This document shows positions 17,054 through 25,605 of a stretch of 35,820 nucleotides of DNA, piece by piece. The DNA is from Aquificaceae bacterium (GTDB lineage: Bacteria > Aquificota > Aquificia > Aquificales > Aquificaceae). Position 1 is the first letter of the stretch. The number at the start of each line of letters is the position of its first letter. The position numbers and the translations under genes are program-made. Below the pieces are notes generated by a model. It was not told the origin of the DNA and made no database searches. It saw only the letters and a list, made by a program, of their open reading frames with translations. The stretch lies in the NCBI GenBank assembly GCA_037924335.1, contig JAXSMZ010000016.1:1-35820 (forward strand), given 5' to 3'.

Positions 17054-18262
17054 ATGAAAACCTTAATAGCCTTTGGAACCAGACCAGAAGCTGTAAAACT
17101 AACACCTATCATTAAAAAGTCTGAAAACACAGTGGTTTTAAACACTGGACAACACAAAGAACTTTTAGAACCTGTTCTTGACCTTTTTAAAATAAAGCCT
17201 AATTACACCCTTGAATGCCAAAACCCTGACTTGCTTTACAACTTTCAATGCATATCCCTTCATAGCAGGAATGTTTTAAAGAGAGAAAAACCAGATATTG
17301 TTATGGTTCAGGGTGATACATTAACAACCTTTGCTGTATCCTTTGCAACCTTTTTAGAAAAAACTCCTCTAATTCACTTGGAAGCTGGGCTGAGGAGCAA
17401 GAACAGGTTCTCTCCCTTTCCAGAGGAGATGTTTAGAGTTTTGACTGATGACATTGCAGATGTCTACCTGGCACCAACCAAGAGAGCCTATGAAAATTTG
17501 ACCGCAGAAGGGAAAAGAGAGGATAGAATATTCATAGTTGGGAATACAGTGATAGACGCTCTTTATTTAGCATTGGAATATATGAACGAAGAGAGAGAGT
17601 ATGACATGCTTGCAAATCTTTTAAATATTGATGCAGAAAACCTTAAAGGTAAGGATAAGGTTCTGATCACTTCACACAGGAGAGAGAGCTTTGGAGATCC
17701 ACTGAGAAACATATGCAGGGCAGTAAAGCGGCTTGCAAAGGAGTACCCAGAAGTGTTGTTCATATGGTCTTTGCACAGAAACCCCCAAGTTAGAAAAACT
17801 GTTTTTGAAGAGATGACACACATCCCAAACAACTTAATTCTGACAGAGGCCCTCTCTTACACTCAAACAGTCTTACTTATGAGAGATTCAGAGGTGATCC
17901 TCACAGACTCCGGAGGAATTCAAGAGGAAGCGCCTACATTTAAAAAGCCTGTGCTTGTGCTACGAGATGTGACAGAAAGAATAGAGGCCTACGAAGCAGG
18001 TTTTAGCATTTTGGTAGGAAGGGACGAAGAAAGAATAGTCAGGGAGTTCAAAAGGGTTTATAAAAATGAAACTTTAAAGAATCAGCTTGCCAATAAAGTC
18101 AATCCATACGGTGATGGACTTGCTACAGAGAGAATTCTTTCTCTATATAGATGTGAGCAGTTTATAAGTATGGTAAGGGATTATAAAAAGGACGGGTATG
18201 GAGGAAACCTCTATGATTGCAAGAATTTTATTGGGGAGTTTGATCTTTGTAATACTTACTGA
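17054..18262 (+). CDS. wecB: UDP-N-acetylglucosamine 2-epimerase (non-hydrolysing)
   Basis: FGTRPEAVK, TGQH, VQGDT, HLEAGLRS, PFPEE, HRRES, TDSGGIQEEAP, NPYGDG. Confidence 0.95.
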   Translation: MKTLIAFGTRPEAVKLTPIIKKSENTVVLNTGQHKELLEPVLDLFKIKPNYTLECQNPDLLYNFQCISLHSRNVLKREKPDIVMVQGDTLTTFAVSFATFLEKTPLIHLEAGLRSKNRFSPFPEEMFRVLTDDIADVYLAPTKRAYENLTAEGKREDRIFIVGNTVIDALYLALEYMNEEREYDMLANLLNIDAENLKGKDKVLITSHRRESFGDPLRNICRAVKRLAKEYPEVLFIWSLHRNPQVRKTVFEEMTHIPNNLILTEALSYTQTVLLMRDSEVILTDSGGIQEEAPTFKKPVLVLRDVTERIEAYEAGFSILVGRDEERIVREFKRVYKNETLKNQLANKVNPYGDGLATERILSLYRCEQFISMVRDYKKDGYGGNLYDCKNFIGEFDLCNTY

Positions 18263-18998
18263 ATTAGGGTTTTCTCTTGATGGCTATAAGAGGGTTGAAA
18301 TGGGAGCTTCTTATGAAGCTCTATCTCCAAAAAGTATATATGGAAGCTGGAAAACTGGAGGTTTCACCTTCTTTCATAAACCAAAGCCTGACTTTACCTA
18401 TTTTATAGGAGGCTATTCCTTTTCCAGAAAGGAAGGTGAAGCAGCCTTACTTTGGGGTGGTGCATATAAAGACTGGACAGATTGGCTTTATACATACTCA
18501 TCATTTTCTTTTGGAACTAAATCTGTTTATATCCCCAAATACAGACTCGACCACGAGTTCAATTTTAAGATAGGAGAAAGAAGAAACTTAGTGCCTTCTC
18601 TGGGACTTTCTTATATAAAGTACCACGATGTGCACAAAGACTTAGTCATAGGCTTAGGTTTTACTTATTATCAAGAAGGCTGGAATTTTACCTACAGACA
18701 TTTTATAAACAGAAGCGAACCTGGAAACGTTGTATCCTCTTCGGACCTTTTGAGCCTTGGCATAGGTAGAGAAAAACATCATTGGACTTACCTAGACTTT
18801 TCCTTCGGTAAGCAAGCGTACTTAGCCACTTACCTTGCAAATCCTCAAGAGGTGAGACAGAATTCCCTTTACGTAGCCATCAAGCATAGACACTGGATAA
18901 CAAACGACCTTGGTATATTTGGAGATGTAAGTTATTTTAAACTAAAAGGGGGGTATGAGAAGTATGGGATCGGATTTGGTTTCTTCAAAGAATTTTGA
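18213..18998 (+). CDS. YaiO-like outer-membrane beta-barrel protein
   Basis: GGAGG SD then ATG 18213; signal peptide; aromatic-rich amphipathic strands; C-terminal beta-signal YGIGFGFFKEF. Confidence 0.7.
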   Translation: MIARILLGSLIFVILTELGFSLDGYKRVEMGASYEALSPKSIYGSWKTGGFTFFHKPKPDFTYFIGGYSFSRKEGEAALLWGGAYKDWTDWLYTYSSFSFGTKSVYIPKYRLDHEFNFKIGERRNLVPSLGLSYIKYHDVHKDLVIGLGFTYYQEGWNFTYRHFINRSEPGNVVSSSDLLSLGIGREKHHWTYLDFSFGKQAYLATYLANPQEVRQNSLYVAIKHRHWITNDLGIFGDVSYFKLKGGYEKYGIGFGFFKEF

Positions 18999-19758
18999 CC
19001 TTAAAAGCGTAATACATTATGCTAGGTTTGGAAGGGTCTTAAAGCAAAACAAGAGGTTATTCCTTGTGCAGATACTTCTTTATATAACTTCAAGTTTCTA
19101 TTTTATCAGCCATTTAGAACTCATATCTTATTACTTATCCAATTTTAGCCTTCATTTTATCAAATCCACCATTACTAAAAGGGAAGTGGTAGGAGGTTTT
19201 TCTCTCTATTTTTTATCTTTACCTGGAAGATTACCAACCTTTACAGAAGACCTTGTGGCATTTCTCTCAACTTTAGCTATACTTTTAATTAACTACAGAA
19301 CGAATCTTTTACCTAAACCCTTTAAGATATGGGTCAATTTTTTGGCTATAATCCTTATGATTTCGTCCTTATACTTTATATTTTTTAGCTACATTTTCCC
19401 TTACACTTTAGATGATTTTTCCTTACTTTACGTTATAGCTCAGGTCGGTATTATGTCTTTTATCCCAGCTTTGGTCGGTGTCTCTTTGGCTTTGTTTAAT
19501 TTTTCATGGTGGGTGTTATTGACTAACTTCTTTATTGTATCCCTTATTTTAGTTTACTCTTTCGTCTTTGGAGCTGTCAGATATGCAATTTTTTTATACA
19601 CCCTCAAAAATTACTCATTCCTTTGGATGGCAAATATGTTTTTTAACTTTGGACCTCTTTTAGATATGATATACATCAGCGGCATATACGCATTTTACGT
19701 TTCTCTGCTCTCCAAAAAAACCAGGCAGAGTATTAAGGTTTGGAGATGGATTTATTAA
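18955..19758 (+). CDS. Polytopic inner-membrane protein of unknown function
   Basis: About 6-7 hydrophobic segments; overlaps both neighbours; exact start uncertain (18955, 18964 or 18976). Confidence 0.7.
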   Translation: MRSMGSDLVSSKNFDLKSVIHYARFGRVLKQNKRLFLVQILLYITSSFYFISHLELISYYLSNFSLHFIKSTITKREVVGGFSLYFLSLPGRLPTFTEDLVAFLSTLAILLINYRTNLLPKPFKIWVNFLAIILMISSLYFIFFSYIFPYTLDDFSLLYVIAQVGIMSFIPALVGVSLALFNFSWWVLLTNFFIVSLILVYSFVFGAVRYAIFLYTLKNYSFLWMANMFFNFGPLLDMIYISGIYAFYVSLLSKKTRQSIKVWRWIY

Positions 19759-21005
19759 TAATATCTTTGAAAGTTTATCTTATTTTATTGGTTTTTATAA
19801 TATCACTTTACATAATAAGACACTACTTCTTTACGTACAACAGAGCTTTTGCTGAACAGAAAGTAGCTTATCATGATGTGTTGGACAGTGACCTCCCTTC
19901 CGTTTCCGTTCTTATACCTATGCATAACGAAGAAAAGGTTGCGGACCATATCCTTTCTGCTCTCATAGGTCAAGAATATCCAAAAGATAGGATGGAGATA
20001 ATACCAATAAACGACCATTCTACAGACGGAACAAAGGAAATACTGGATGAGTATGCCAAAAAATATTCTTTTATAAAGCCCCTACATAGGATTGGGGATG
20101 AGCCAAGAGGAAAGCCAGCTGGTCTAAACGATGCCCTGAAAGTGGCAAAGGGAGAGATCGTAGTTATATATGATGCCGATTACATACCTCCAAAGGGACA
20201 GCTAAGAGAGCTCGTTATAAACTTTATAGACCCATGGGTGGGGGTAACAATGGGGAGGGTGGTTCCTATCAATACTTCAACCAACATGCTTACAAGGCTC
20301 TTAGACCTTGAAAGAGCTGCTGGTTATCAAGTGGACCAACAGGCAAGGTACAACCTAGACCTGATACCCCAGTATGGAGGGACGGTTGGTGCTTTCAGGA
20401 AGGACCTGGTTTTAAAGTTAGGAGGTTTTGACCAAAGGATCCTTGCCGAAGACACTGAGCTAACCTTTAGACTTTATATAAAGGGCTATAAGGTGGTTTA
20501 TGTTAACAGGGCAGAGTGCTACGAAGAGGCACCAGAAGATTGGAATGTAAGAGCAAGACAGATAAGAAGATGGTCACAAGGGCATAATCAAGTGCTTTTC
20601 AAGTACCTGATCCCCCTTTGGCGATTTGACCTTTCCCTTTGGCAGAAAATAGACGGCACCCTTCTGCTTATGATATACGCCGTTCCTTTTCTACTTCTTT
20701 TAGGTATAGCTGACTCTTTGTTGCTTTTCTTCCTCGGAGAGATGGAAATCCTAGCAAGTTTTTGGATACTTCTTGCCGTCCTAGCTTACAACTCCTTTGG
20801 AAACTTTGCACCCTTTTTCCAGATAGGTATGGCTGGATTCTTAGATGGAGTAGGAGAGAGACTCAGGCTCTTACCCTTTTTCTACTTTATCTTTCTTTTC
20901 AACGCTTGGTATACTTCCTTAGGCTTTTTAGATGCTATAAAAACGACGATAACTGGAAAGCAAGCTATCTGGCACAAAACAGAGAGGTTTAGAAAAAATG
21001 GTTGA
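19740..21005 (+). CDS. Processive GT2 polysaccharide synthase (PgaC/IcaA/cellulose synthase-like)
   Basis: N-terminal TM; IPMHNEE, NDHSTDGT, GKPAGLN, YDAD, AEDTE, QIRRW; C-terminal TMs and WHKTER. Confidence 0.92.
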   Translation: MEMDLLIISLKVYLILLVFIISLYIIRHYFFTYNRAFAEQKVAYHDVLDSDLPSVSVLIPMHNEEKVADHILSALIGQEYPKDRMEIIPINDHSTDGTKEILDEYAKKYSFIKPLHRIGDEPRGKPAGLNDALKVAKGEIVVIYDADYIPPKGQLRELVINFIDPWVGVTMGRVVPINTSTNMLTRLLDLERAAGYQVDQQARYNLDLIPQYGGTVGAFRKDLVLKLGGFDQRILAEDTELTFRLYIKGYKVVYVNRAECYEEAPEDWNVRARQIRRWSQGHNQVLFKYLIPLWRFDLSLWQKIDGTLLLMIYAVPFLLLLGIADSLLLFFLGEMEILASFWILLAVLAYNSFGNFAPFFQIGMAGFLDGVGERLRLLPFFYFIFLFNAWYTSLGFLDAIKTTITGKQAIWHKTERFRKNG

Positions 21006-21909
21006 GTACTTTGTGCTATTTACACTTCTTTTGCTACTTCCCTTTCTACCAGGCATAGCTGAGCTCTTAATAAGAGAAGACGATAATCCATTAGACATTA
21101 AACAGGATTTCTCCAAAGACCCAGCCTTTTTTGGCAAATCCTTTCAGAAAATATTAGCTCAAGCTCTATTGCAAAGGAGCAAAAGAATATCAGAGGATAG
21201 TATAGAGGTTGTACTCTCCACCGGCAAACCAGAGATTTTAAGACTCTATAAGAATACCGTAGGCGGAAAACACATGATGGACATAGTATTTGCAGAGGAT
21301 ACAGAGGTTAAAACAGATAGCCCGTTAGAATCGTACAAAGAGGTGGTTGTCAATGGAAATTTCACTACTTGGCATCCCTGCAAAGTGAGAAGCCTTTTAG
21401 TCTTTGGTAATCTGAACGTTAATTATTCTCTGAGCGTTGTAAGATGGGTACATGTGGAAGGAATAGCTAAAATAAGAGCAAGGTCTGTCCTTGGCGTAAA
21501 CTTTTATGCCAGAGAGATTAAGATAACTGCTCCTTGTACATTTAAGAGGATGTTTGCCAACAAGGTTCAAATCGGTGAAGAGGTAAAGGAAGAAGCCTTT
21601 AAAAAAGAGGAAGCCCACTATATAAAGGGAACAATCAGGTCAAAGGGAAGTTTAAACATAAAAACAGAAGATAGAAAGCTGATCATTGAAGGGAGTCTGA
21701 TATCGGATGAAGATATTGTGGCAGAAGGAGGCATTTGGATAAAAGGGGATGTTTTCTCTCACGCAGGGGTTGTGTTTTTAAAAAACGTGGTTGTTGGAGA
21801 AGCCGGCAAGGTAAAATCTGTAGTCGGTAAAAAAAGAGTGGTTCTTGGTCAAAAAGTTAAGGTCTATGGATATGTTCATACAGACGGTAGTGGAGTTGTT
21901 GAGATATGA
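20998..21909 (+). CDS. Membrane-anchored hypothetical protein with Val/Ile/Gly-rich beta-solenoid-like C-terminus
   Basis: N-terminal hydrophobic helix LLLLPFLPG; repeated short strands such as IIEGSLIS, IWIKGDVFS, VKVYGYVH. Confidence 0.65.
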   Translation: MVEYFVLFTLLLLLPFLPGIAELLIREDDNPLDIKQDFSKDPAFFGKSFQKILAQALLQRSKRISEDSIEVVLSTGKPEILRLYKNTVGGKHMMDIVFAEDTEVKTDSPLESYKEVVVNGNFTTWHPCKVRSLLVFGNLNVNYSLSVVRWVHVEGIAKIRARSVLGVNFYAREIKITAPCTFKRMFANKVQIGEEVKEEAFKKEEAHYIKGTIRSKGSLNIKTEDRKLIIEGSLISDEDIVAEGGIWIKGDVFSHAGVVFLKNVVVGEAGKVKSVVGKKRVVLGQKVKVYGYVHTDGSGVVEI

Positions 21910-23714
21910 GAAAGGTTCTTTTTGCTATTGTTTTTATCCTTTCAATACTGTTAGGGATTAGGATTTATTCTTACTTTACGCTTATGAACGATGATTTTAA
22001 AATATTTCTAGCGTACAATCCTGCTCTTCTAGAAAAATGTTCCTATGTACTTTCTGCTTACGAAAGTATCTTGCAAGAGGAGGGCATCCCTTATGAAAAG
22101 ATAGATTATTCTCTCTTAAATTCTATGAATAAAGACGATGCATTTATACAAAGACATCCTGCTATAATTCTCCCAGACTGTGCGCTCCAGCAGATGAACC
22201 CTGATGTAAGCAGTTGGTTTGAAGATTATCTTTCCAAAGGCGGAAGCCTTCTTTTAGTTTACGATGTAGGTATAAAGGATTACAAAGGAGCCTATCTTGA
22301 AAAGCCACTGTTTACTTCAACCCTTGGTATAAATTACTGTCCTTATGAAAAAATGAAAGATAAGACTTACACCCTTGGTAATGTTAAGATCAATGACTCA
22401 GCACTTTTGGGTATAACTCCAGGGAAACTTGATAAAGAACAAAGACTGATCAAAGGCTACGTTTATGGATCTCTTGAGTACCCAACGGCTAACGTGCAAG
22501 TTCTAAATCCATCTTTCTTTACATTAGCAGAGGTTGTTCTAAATGATAAAAACACACTACCCGGCATTGTTTTAAAAGAGTATGGGGAAGGGAAAATTTT
22601 CTACGTTAACCTGCCCCTTGCTTACTTGAAAGCTTACTCCGATGACCTTATTCTTAGGTCTGTCATAAGGACCCTTCTCTTTAAAATTCTGAACATTCCC
22701 CATCTTGTTAATACTCCTTACGGGATAGGTGGAATGGTTATAAACTGGCATATAGATGCAAATCTTGATTGGAAAAGCATTCCCTACATGATAGAAAATG
22801 GATACCTCGTTAAGGGTCTTGAGTTTTCCAATCATATAACGGCGGGGGATTTTAGGGATAATCCAGGAGATAAGCTTGGTTTTGATGCTTGCGGTAAGGG
22901 GAAAGAGTACGCAAAGATGATATTGCCTTACGGAGAAATTGGTTCACATGGGGGCTGGGCTCACAATTGGTTTTCATATGGCATACTGGAAGGAAAGCTA
23001 AGCAAAGAGAAAATAGAAAAGTACATAAGGATGAATGACGAATGCTTAGAAAGTATAGCAGGATACAAGATCAGAGAATACTCTGCTCCCAACGGAGTCC
23101 ATCCCCAGCCAGAAACAACAGAAATTTTGGAAAAACTAGGTGTAGTTGCTTACTACTACACTGGGGACTCTGGATCTTCTCCCAACAGAACTTTCTTTAA
23201 CGGCAAGATGGTTTCCTCAAAAGTCATAGCTTTCCCTATAAATTCTTTTGAGCAGAATACTTCCCTTTTTGAGATGTGGGAAAGTGGAGTAAGTGAAAAG
23301 GATGTGGAGGACTTTCTGCTTGGTTTGTTAGAGTATGTGGCTCAAGAAAGAGTGATAAGACTTTTTTACTCTCATCCTTACGATATACCACACTACCCTG
23401 AGGCTATTAAAAAGTTTGTTGATAAGTCCAAGCTCATGGAAAAGGAGGGGAAAATACAAGTCAAACCTATGAGCTACTTTGCAGATTTTCTTTTGAGATT
23501 TCTAATCACTAAGTACAGCTTTAAGGTCAAGAAGGATGTTTTAGAGGTCTATTTGGAGAATCAAAAGGGTCTTGAGGGACTAACTCTCGCCATACCTAAA
23601 ATGTACAGATCACTCGGAGGTACTTCCAATTACCGGATAAACCAAGATAAGGATTATAATTACATAACGGTGGTGGGAGATGTTAAAAAGGTTAGCTTTA
23701 GCTTTAAGCCTTAG
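21906..23714 (+). CDS. Periplasmic polysaccharide deacetylase-like protein (CE4/NodB-type barrel with N-terminal GATase-like domain)
   Basis: N-terminal anchor; WHIDA, EIGSHGGWAH, YSAPNG, LFYSHPYD resemble NodB-fold motifs; ATGA overlap with upstream gene. Confidence 0.65.
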   Translation: MRKVLFAIVFILSILLGIRIYSYFTLMNDDFKIFLAYNPALLEKCSYVLSAYESILQEEGIPYEKIDYSLLNSMNKDDAFIQRHPAIILPDCALQQMNPDVSSWFEDYLSKGGSLLLVYDVGIKDYKGAYLEKPLFTSTLGINYCPYEKMKDKTYTLGNVKINDSALLGITPGKLDKEQRLIKGYVYGSLEYPTANVQVLNPSFFTLAEVVLNDKNTLPGIVLKEYGEGKIFYVNLPLAYLKAYSDDLILRSVIRTLLFKILNIPHLVNTPYGIGGMVINWHIDANLDWKSIPYMIENGYLVKGLEFSNHITAGDFRDNPGDKLGFDACGKGKEYAKMILPYGEIGSHGGWAHNWFSYGILEGKLSKEKIEKYIRMNDECLESIAGYKIREYSAPNGVHPQPETTEILEKLGVVAYYYTGDSGSSPNRTFFNGKMVSSKVIAFPINSFEQNTSLFEMWESGVSEKDVEDFLLGLLEYVAQERVIRLFYSHPYDIPHYPEAIKKFVDKSKLMEKEGKIQVKPMSYFADFLLRFLITKYSFKVKKDVLEVYLENQKGLEGLTLAIPKMYRSLGGTSNYRINQDKDYNYITVVGDVKKVSFSFKP

Positions 23715-24504
23715 CTTTATGGGTTTAGCCTTTTCGTTGCCACCGCCGGTGGAAATGTATAACTCTGTTGGCTGCCAGAGGAACCCAAGCATTATTTTGC
23801 CTTACTTTTCCAATCTTTACGCTTCATATCTACTGCTTTACGGAGGCAATTCTCTAACTGTTAAAAACTATATACTTTGGTACTTACAGAACCTAAACTA
23901 TCCAGATAGGTTTGGGCTAACTGGTACAATTTACGACTTTTTGGTCTTCGGAGAGTACCTAACACCAACCTATTCCTATGACTCTGCAGACTCTTACGCT
24001 GGAACCTTTCTTACTCTTATTTACTTTTACACAAATAGAAGAGACTACAGCTTAGCTAAGGACCATCTTCAAAACATCAAAGATATTGCTTATCTTATAC
24101 TGAGCTTGAAGGATAGTCAGGATGGAGTTATAAAAGCCTTGCCTTACAGGGAGGTCAAATACTTAATAGACAATCTTGAAGCTTACGCGGGGCTTGCTCT
24201 CTTTTCTAATCTGCTTAAAAGCGTGGAAGATGAAGATTGGAAGTACTATAAAAGGCACGCTCAGGAAGTCAAAAAAGGAATAAGAAAAAATTTCTTCTCT
24301 CATGGTACTCTATATTGGGCTATAGAGGGAAACATCAAGTATCCAGTGATGGAAGGGATAGAATATCCAGATAAGATTGCTGAGCTTTTCTGGAAGGTTT
24401 TCAACGGGGAAAAGGTAGACCAAGATATAAATGCTTTACCTTGTGAACAGAGAGTAGCCATTGAAGTCTTCAAAAGGGCTATAGAAAGTATTAAGGGAGA
24501 GTAA
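23680..24504 (+). CDS. Secreted (alpha/alpha)-barrel glycoside hydrolase-like protein
   Basis: Signal peptide; helical Tyr-rich sequence with acidic motifs DSADSYAG and YLIDNLEAYAGL. Confidence 0.5.
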   Translation: MLKRLALALSLSFMGLAFSLPPPVEMYNSVGCQRNPSIILPYFSNLYASYLLLYGGNSLTVKNYILWYLQNLNYPDRFGLTGTIYDFLVFGEYLTPTYSYDSADSYAGTFLTLIYFYTNRRDYSLAKDHLQNIKDIAYLILSLKDSQDGVIKALPYREVKYLIDNLEAYAGLALFSNLLKSVEDEDWKYYKRHAQEVKKGIRKNFFSHGTLYWAIEGNIKYPVMEGIEYPDKIAELFWKVFNGEKVDQDINALPCEQRVAIEVFKRAIESIKGE

Positions 24505-24505
24505 G

Positions 24506-25102
24506 ATGAAGAGAGAAAATAACGTAGTTTGGCATAAGCCTGAAGTGACGAGGGCTATGAGAAACATTCTCAACGGTCATAAAAGTATAGCGGTATGGTT
24601 CACTGGACTCCCCAGTTCTGGCAAGTCAACAATAGCACATGGCGTTGAGAAAAAACTGTATGAATTAGGAGTGAGAACCTACACATTTGATGGTGACAAT
24701 GTACGGCATGGTCTTTGCTCTGACCTTGGATTTTCAAAAGAAGACAGAGATGAAAATTTAAGAAGGATTGCTGAGGTAATTAAACTCTTTTTAGATGCTG
24801 GTATAGTTGTTTTAGCTGCATTCGTATCTCCTTTTAAAGAACAAAGAGAAAAAGTAAAGAAAATAATTGGGGAAGAAGAGTTTTTAGAAATATACTGCAG
24901 ATGCCCTGTAGAAGTGTGTGAACTAAGAGACCCTAAGGGGATGTACAAAAAAGCTAAAGCAGGAGAAATAAAAGAATATACTGGAATTTCCTCTCCTTAC
25001 GAAGAACCTGAAAATCCAGACTTAACAATAGATACTTATCTCTTATCAGTAGAGGAATCGGTAGAAATGGTTCTTAACCTTATTAAAGAGAAGGTCTTTT
25101 AA
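24506..25102 (+). CDS. cysC: Adenylyl-sulfate (APS) kinase
   Basis: NVVWH, WFTGLPSSGKST, DGDNVRHGL.SDLGFS, RDPKGMYKKA, YTGISSPYEEP. Confidence 0.95.
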   Translation: MKRENNVVWHKPEVTRAMRNILNGHKSIAVWFTGLPSSGKSTIAHGVEKKLYELGVRTYTFDGDNVRHGLCSDLGFSKEDRDENLRRIAEVIKLFLDAGIVVLAAFVSPFKEQREKVKKIIGEEEFLEIYCRCPVEVCELRDPKGMYKKAKAGEIKEYTGISSPYEEPENPDLTIDTYLLSVEESVEMVLNLIKEKVF

Positions 25103-25539
25103 TCAAGAAGGACTCCACCGTTTAGTTCATAGGATATTTTTCCCCTCTCCACGCTGATGGGTGTGAGTGTGATCTTCTCACTACTCATAAAGAAAGTAAA
25201 GCCTTCTATAAGTCCTGCAAAGAAGTACACGATGGGGGACTCTATTAGGCTATTCCCCTCTATGGCATCGGTGAAGATATCTTCCTCTACCTGGACCTTC
25301 CCCTCTGCAATCTCTATCTTCTTTGCAAAACCAAACTCCTCCAGTATGGCACACGCTCTTTTGACAGCTTCAGCCTTTGTAAGCTTTTCTGGAAACTCCC
25401 CTATTAAGCTTTCAAAGAGCTTGGGTCCAGCCTGTCTACCAGCATCTCTCAAAACAGCTTTGGCTCCATTCTCCCCTATGAGTTTCTTTACACCTTCTGC
25501 TAAATTCACGATGGCTAAGATAAGTATATCTGGGTCCAT
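25099..25539 (-). CDS. V4R-like small protein
   Basis: Helical AVLRDAGRQAG and PIVYFFAGLIEG segments resemble the V4R fold; start moved to ATG 25539 (TAAAAT 7 nt upstream). Confidence 0.5.
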   Translation of the reverse strand: MDPDILILAIVNLAEGVKKLIGENGAKAVLRDAGRQAGPKLFESLIGEFPEKLTKAEAVKRACAILEEFGFAKKIEIAEGKVQVEEDIFTDAIEGNSLIESPIVYFFAGLIEGFTFFMSSEKITLTPISVERGKISYELNGGVLLD

Positions 25540-25605
25540 AGTAAAAATTTTATAATGTTGTAAAATTTGGTTCATAGAATTTACTAATATCATTATAAGT
25601 AAAGG

